Below are positions 27,305-32,000 of a DNA stretch of 32,000 bases, piece by piece. How positions within the stretch are numbered: the first letter of the stretch is position 1; each line of letters opens with the position of its first letter. Source of the stretch: Vibrio cholerae ATCC 14035. GTDB taxonomy: Bacteria > Pseudomonadota > Gammaproteobacteria > Enterobacterales > Vibrionaceae. The stretch covers positions 1 to 32,000 of the forward strand of contig NZ_JHXR01000019.1 in assembly GCF_000621645.1 (NCBI RefSeq), read 5' to 3'. The position numbers and the translations under genes were made by a program. The notes below the pieces were generated by a model, which saw nothing but the letters and a program-made list of their open reading frames with translations, had not been told where the DNA came from and did no database searches.

Positions 27305-29146
27305 ATGCCTAAGTACCGTTCCGCCACCACCACACACGGACGTAACATGGCGGGTGCGCGCGCATTATGGCGCGCCACCGGCGTCAAAGAGGAAGATTTT
27401 GGTAAACCGATCATTGCGGTGGTCAACTCCTTCACCCAATTTGTTCCCGGCCATGTGCATTTAAAAGATCTCGGCCAACTGGTCGCACGCGAAATTGAAG
27501 CCGCGGGCGGCATTGCCAAAGAATTCAACACCATTGCGGTCGATGACGGCATCGCCATGGGCCACGGCGGCATGCTCTACTCGCTGCCATCGCGTGAACT
27601 GATCGCCGATTCCGTCGAATACATGGTCAATGCGCACTGCGCCGATGCCATGGTGTGTATCTCCAACTGTGACAAAATCACTCCAGGAATGCTGATGGCG
27701 GCGATGCGCCTTAATATTCCGGCGATTTTCGTCTCTGGCGGCCCGATGGAAGCGGGAAAAACCAAGCTTTCTGACCAAATCATCAAGCTCGACTTGGTCG
27801 ATGCCATGATGCAAGGCGCTGACCCCAAAGTATCGGATGCCCAAAGTGAGCAGATTGAACGCTCGGCCTGTCCTACTTGTGGCTCTTGCTCGGGGATGTT
27901 TACCGCCAACTCAATGAACTGCTTGACCGAAGCGCTGGGTCTCTCTCAGCCGGGTAACGGCTCACTGCTCGCCACGCATGCCGATCGCAAACAGCTGTTT
28001 TTGACTGCTGGGCAACGGATTGTTGAGCTGACTAAACGTTACTACGAGCAAGATGATGCCTCAGTTTTGCCACGCAACATTGCCAACAAAGCAGCGTTTG
28101 AAAACGCCATTGCGCTGGATATTGCGATGGGCGGCTCCACCAACACGGTGTTACACCTGTTGGCCGCTGCGCAGGAAGGCGAAGTGGAATTTGATATGAC
28201 CGATATCGATCGCATGTCTCGCCAAGTGCCACACTTATGTAAAGTCGCGCCTTCCACTCAGAAATACCATATGGAAGATGTACACCGCGCGGGCGGTGTA
28301 ATGGGCATTTTGGGTGAGCTACAACGTGCAGGTCTACTCAAGGATCAAACCCGCACCGTACTAGGCATCTCGCTGCAAGAGCAGCTGGCGCAATACGACG
28401 TGAAACAAACCCAAGATCCAGCGGTACATACTATGTTCCGCGCAGGCCCTGCTGGCATTCGCACCACTCAAGCTTTCTCACAAGATTGCCGTTGGGATAC
28501 GCTCGATGACGATCGCCAAGAGGGGTGTATTCGCGATAAAGCGCACGCATTCAGTCAAGATGGTGGCCTTGCCGTACTCAAAGGCAACTTGGCGATTGAC
28601 GGCTGCATCGTAAAAACTGCTGGCGTGGATGAAAGTATCCTCAAATTCCGTGGTCCTGCTGTGGTGTATGAAAGTCAGGAAGACGCGGTCAACGGCATTC
28701 TTGGCGGCCAAGTCAAAGCCGGTGACGTCGTGGTTATTCGTTATGAAGGGCCAAAAGGCGGTCCGGGCATGCAAGAGATGCTCTACCCAACCACCTACCT
28801 CAAATCGATGGGACTGGGTAAACAGTGCGCGCTACTGACCGATGGCCGCTTCTCCGGTGGTACGTCCGGCTTGTCGATTGGTCACGCCTCTCCGGAAGCG
28901 GCGAATGGCGGTACGATCGGCTTGGTACGCAGTGGCGATAGCATCGCGATTGATATTCCCAACCGTTCGATCACGCTCGAAGTCAGCGAATCTGAGCTAG
29001 CAGCTCGCCGCGCTGAACAAGATAAACTCGGCTGGAAACCAGTGGATCGCCAGCGTACCGTTTCTTTGGCGCTGAAAGCTTATGCCAGCATGGCAACCAG
29101 CGCCGACAAAGGTGCAGTGCGCGATAAGTCCAAACTTGAGGGCTAA
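27305..29146 (+). CDS. ilvD: dihydroxy-acid dehydratase
   Basis: 613-aa ORF ([53 protein letters not shown]). Confidence 0.97.
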   Translation: MPKYRSATTTHGRNMAGARALWRATGVKEEDFGKPIIAVVNSFTQFVPGHVHLKDLGQLVAREIEAAGGIAKEFNTIAVDDGIAMGHGGMLYSLPSRELIADSVEYMVNAHCADAMVCISNCDKITPGMLMAAMRLNIPAIFVSGGPMEAGKTKLSDQIIKLDLVDAMMQGADPKVSDAQSEQIERSACPTCGSCSGMFTANSMNCLTEALGLSQPGNGSLLATHADRKQLFLTAGQRIVELTKRYYEQDDASVLPRNIANKAAFENAIALDIAMGGSTNTVLHLLAAAQEGEVEFDMTDIDRMSRQVPHLCKVAPSTQKYHMEDVHRAGGVMGILGELQRAGLLKDQTRTVLGISLQEQLAQYDVKQTQDPAVHTMFRAGPAGIRTTQAFSQDCRWDTLDDDRQEGCIRDKAHAFSQDGGLAVLKGNLAIDGCIVKTAGVDESILKFRGPAVVYESQEDAVNGILGGQVKAGDVVVIRYEGPKGGPGMQEMLYPTTYLKSMGLGKQCALLTDGRFSGGTSGLSIGHASPEAANGGTIGLVRSGDSIAIDIPNRSITLEVSESELAARRAEQDKLGWKPVDRQRTVSLALKAYASMATSADKGAVRDKSKLEG

Positions 29147-29149
29147 GCC

Positions 29150-30682
29150 ATGGGGTTAACCAATCAAACTGGCGCAGAGTATCTGCGCCAGATCTTGCGC
29201 TCTCCGGTGTATGAGGTAGCGAACGTCACGCCATTGCAAACCATGCCGCGTCTTTCGGCGCGGATTGGTAACCAAGTGCAGATCAAACGTGAAGATCGCC
29301 AGCCAGTACACTCGTTTAAACTGCGCGGCGCTTACAACATGGTGTCGCACCTAACCGAAGCACAAAAAGCCGCGGGCGTAATTGCCGCTTCCGCAGGTAA
29401 TCATGCCCAAGGTATGGCGCTGTCAGGAACGAAACTTGGCATCAAAACCACCATCGTCATGCCACGCACCACGCCAGACATTAAAGTTGAAGCGGTACGC
29501 GGATTTGGCGGCGAAGTACTGCTGCATGGCAGCAATTTCGATGAAGCCAAAGCCGAAGCCGAACGTTTATCCAAAGAGCAAGGCTACACCTTTGTACCTC
29601 CGTTCGATCACCCTTTGGTGATTGCCGGTCAAGGCACGATTGGCATGGAAATGCTGCAGCAAAACGGTCATTTGGATTACATTTTTGTGCCGGTCGGTGG
29701 CGGCGGTTTAGCGGCGGGAGTGGCGGTTCTGGTCAAACAGTTGATGCCGGAGATCCAAGTCATCGCGGTTGAACCGGAAGACTCAGCCTGCCTCAAAGCA
29801 GCCTTAGATGCGGGTAAACCTGTGGTGCTGGATCAAGTCAGCATGTTTGCTGATGGTGTGGCAGTAAAACGAATTGGCGATGAAACCTTTCGCCTTTGCC
29901 AGCAATACATTGACGGCCACGTGACGGTGTCCAGTGATGAAATCTGCGCGGCGGTGAAAGACATTTTTGAAGATACGCGCGCCATCGCTGAACCTTCTGG
30001 CGCATTGGCGCTGGCGGGACTAAAGAAATTTGCCGAACAGCAGCAGCTCAAAGGCAAACAGTTGGGTACGGTACTTTCTGGCGCCAACACCAACTTCCAC
30101 GGTTTGCGTTATGTGTCGGAGCGCTGCGAACTGGGTGAAAAACGCGAAGGCTTACTGGCGGTGACCATTCCAGAGCGCAAAGGGGCGTTTTTCGACTTCT
30201 GCCAAATTATTGGTAACCGCGCCGTCACCGAATTTAACTACCGTTACAATGATGATCAACTGGCCAATATTTTTGTCGGTGTGCGTTTAGTCGGCGGCCC
30301 AGATGAGCTGAAATCGATCATTCACGAGCTGCGCCAATCCGGCTATCCGGTGCAAGATCTCTCGGATGATGAAATGGCCAAGCTACACATTCGCTACATG
30401 ATTGGTGGTCGCCCTTCCAAACCACTGACCGAGCGTTTGTACAGCTTTGAGTTTCCTGAATACCCCGGCGCACTGCTCAAATTCTTGAGCATGCTCGGCA
30501 CCCACTGGAACATCAGCTTGTTCAACTACCGCAACCACGGCGCAGACTACGGCCGCGTGCTGTGTGGTTTTGAACTGGATACACCAGACCTAGTGCGCTT
30601 TTCAGAGCATTTGGTTGAACTCGGTTATCGCTATAAAGATGAAACCGATAACCCTGCGTATCGTTTCTTCCTAGCTAAATAA
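29150..30682 (+). CDS. ilvA: biosynthetic L-threonine dehydratase
   Basis: 510-aa ORF with the PLP lysine motif (HSFKLRGAYN), a GGGGL loop and two C-terminal ACT-like regulatory repeats. Confidence 0.96.
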   Translation: MGLTNQTGAEYLRQILRSPVYEVANVTPLQTMPRLSARIGNQVQIKREDRQPVHSFKLRGAYNMVSHLTEAQKAAGVIAASAGNHAQGMALSGTKLGIKTTIVMPRTTPDIKVEAVRGFGGEVLLHGSNFDEAKAEAERLSKEQGYTFVPPFDHPLVIAGQGTIGMEMLQQNGHLDYIFVPVGGGGLAAGVAVLVKQLMPEIQVIAVEPEDSACLKAALDAGKPVVLDQVSMFADGVAVKRIGDETFRLCQQYIDGHVTVSSDEICAAVKDIFEDTRAIAEPSGALALAGLKKFAEQQQLKGKQLGTVLSGANTNFHGLRYVSERCELGEKREGLLAVTIPERKGAFFDFCQIIGNRAVTEFNYRYNDDQLANIFVGVRLVGGPDELKSIIHELRQSGYPVQDLSDDEMAKLHIRYMIGGRPSKPLTERLYSFEFPEYPGALLKFLSMLGTHWNISLFNYRNHGADYGRVLCGFELDTPDLVRFSEHLVELGYRYKDETDNPAYRFFLAK

Positions 30683-30687
30683 TCTTC

Positions 30688-30717
30688 GCCCCACCTTATG
30701 TGGGGCTCTTTCTCTTT
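30688..30717 (+). terminator. ilv operon intrinsic terminator
   Basis: Stem GCCCCAC / GTGGGGC with loop CTTAT, followed by TCTTTCTCTTT. Confidence 0.75.
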
Positions 30718-30929
30718 ACCGGCGAGCCATCAGCATCGAGCGAAGTGGCCAAGGTCAAGTGTTGAAAAATCAACCATTTCATTCCTGAACAATTCTTGCT
30801 AAAACTTGTTCTATATCCAGTCCGCTCTATAGATAGGCTGGCATACTCCTCGCTTTCGCTTGGCTTTACCATCCATACCCGACTACTTGTCCATTCAGGT
30901 AGAAAAGGCATAACAGAGGGAAATCCCAT

Positions 30930-31910
30930 ATGTTCAACGCGTTGCTGCTTACTCAACAAGACAAAATCACTCACGCGACGGTCACTCAAATTAACGATGA
31001 TCAGCTGCCCGCAGGCAATGTGACGGTAGCGGTCAACTACTCTTCACTCAATTACAAAGATGGCCTCGCCATTACTGGCAAAGGCAAAATTATCCGTGAA
31101 TTTCCTATGGTTCCGGGGATTGATTTTGCAGGCACAGTCTTGGAATCAGCCGATGCGCGTTATCAAGTCGGTGATGCCGTGGTTCTGACCGGATGGGGTG
31201 TGGGTGAAAATCATTGGGGGGGCATGGCGCAAAAAGCGCGATTAAATGCCGATTGGTTGGTGAAATTGCCACAAGGCTTAACCAGCCAGCAAGCCATGAT
31301 GATTGGTACTGCAGGCTTTACCGCCATGTTGTGTGTACAGGCGCTGATTGACGGTGGCATCAAACCGGAAGATGGCGAAATCTTAGTCACCGGAGCCAGT
31401 GGCGGTGTCGGCTCTGTCGCCGTCACTTTACTTGCTCAGCTTGGCTATAAGGTCGTGGCGGTGACAGGACGCGTAGCACAGAATGGCCCTCTTTTAGAAC
31501 AACTCGGTGCCTCGCGCGTTATCGATCGCCAAGAATTTAGTGAAGCCTCCAGACCGCTCGAAAAACAGCTCTGGGTTGGTGCGGTCGATACCGTAGGCAG
31601 TAAAGTGTTAGCAAAAGTGCTGGCACAAATGCACTATAACGGGGTCGTTGCCGCTTGTGGTCTGGCAGGTGGTTTTGATCTGCCGACCACAGTCATGCCA
31701 TTTATCCTGCGCAATGTACGTTTACAGGGCGTTGACTCCGTCTCTTGCCCTGTCGAGAAACGCCTTGCTGCATGGAAGAAGCTGGCGGAGTTGTTGCCTG
31801 CAAGCTACTACGCTCAAGCGTGCCACGAAATCAGCTTGTCACAAGTGCCAGAATACGCCGAAGCGATTACTAATGGCCAAGTGACAGGCCGCGTGGTCGT
31901 TAAACTCTAA
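30930..31910 (+). CDS. acuI: acrylyl-CoA reductase / YhdH-family NADPH-dependent MDR oxidoreductase
   Basis: 326-aa ORF collinear with E. coli YhdH/AcuI (SSLNYKDGLAITGKGKIIREFPMVPGIDFAG, GVGENHWGG, VTGASGGVGS, VMPFILRNVRLQGVDS). Confidence 0.92.
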   Translation: MFNALLLTQQDKITHATVTQINDDQLPAGNVTVAVNYSSLNYKDGLAITGKGKIIREFPMVPGIDFAGTVLESADARYQVGDAVVLTGWGVGENHWGGMAQKARLNADWLVKLPQGLTSQQAMMIGTAGFTAMLCVQALIDGGIKPEDGEILVTGASGGVGSVAVTLLAQLGYKVVAVTGRVAQNGPLLEQLGASRVIDRQEFSEASRPLEKQLWVGAVDTVGSKVLAKVLAQMHYNGVVAACGLAGGFDLPTTVMPFILRNVRLQGVDSVSCPVEKRLAAWKKLAELLPASYYAQACHEISLSQVPEYAEAITNGQVTGRVVVKL

Positions 31911-31937
31911 GCCAAAACGTATTGATTCGAATGGAAA

Positions 31938-31968
31938 GAAACCCGCACTGTTGGCGGGTTTCTCATTG
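31938..31968 (+). terminator. intrinsic terminator after acuI
   Basis: 9-bp stem GAAACCCGC / GCGGGTTTC with loop ACTGTTG, followed by TCATTGT (a weak T-tract). Confidence 0.6.
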
Positions 31969-32000
31969 TGAACCTTATCTGGTTATAAATAGCAGGCAAA

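Noticed and set aside
26861-27337. 158-aa antisense ORF opposite ilvE/ilvD. Similar long antisense ORFs occur at 25177-25581 and 24777-25115 (opposite ilvG), 27461-27844 and 27577-27909 (opposite ilvD), and 13306-13674 (opposite the trkA/trkH junction).
   Set aside because: All lie antisense to strongly supported housekeeping CDSs and lack SD sequences and recognisable domains. Long antisense frames of this kind are expected by chance in moderately GC-rich, codon-biased genes.
30696-31023. 97-aa minus-strand ORF and 75-aa plus-strand ORF in the ilvA-acuI spacer
   Set aside because: The first runs through the ilv terminator and into the acuI start. The second overlaps acuI out of frame. Neither has a convincing SD or a recognisable motif.

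Overview
This window looks like conserved core chromosome of a Vibrio cholerae-like gammaproteobacterium. The call rests on recognisable protein sequences (for example a TcpG/DsbA-type 200-aa oxidoreductase) and on gene order; no database search was possible. From left to right it contains:

- The 5' end of a 16S rRNA gene on the minus strand, with its leader boxA and tandem P1/P2 promoters.
- yrdA, then a minus-strand block: DUF1488 (yrdB-like), aroE, hemF, tsaC.
- purEK, with a perfect PurR-type operator.
- A second minus-strand block: yrdD, smg, dprA and a LysM protein.
- The def-fmt-rsmB-trkA-trkH cluster plus a small secreted protein of unknown function.
- yqfA (hemolysin III family) and a SpoOM-family gene.
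- yihD, an ERIC/IRU repeat, an orphan ccoG/fixG-like ferredoxin gene, srkA and dsbA.
- A yihG-like acyltransferase and comM.
- A complete ilvL leader/attenuator followed by ilvGMEDA, then acuI/yhdH.

Nearly every base is explained by housekeeping genes or their promoters and terminators. I see no integrase, transposase, CRISPR array, toxin-antitoxin pair, defence-type gene cluster or obvious compositional island. I therefore do not claim a novel multi-gene system.

The points most worth a second look are small-scale:

1. An unannotated transcription unit (a 55-codon ORF or an sRNA) with its own strong terminator in the 560-bp spoOM-yihD spacer.
2. Two overlapping 21-codon upstream ORFs abutting the ilvG start.
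3. An ERIC element with an adjacent perfect 16-bp tandem duplication in the yihD 3' region.
4. The orphan ccoG-like gene, which breaks yihD-srkA-dsbA synteny.
5. An uncharacterised secreted protein tightly linked to trkH.

Several ORF-track starts were trimmed to internal ATGs on the basis of Shine-Dalgarno (SD) sequences and homologue N-termini.
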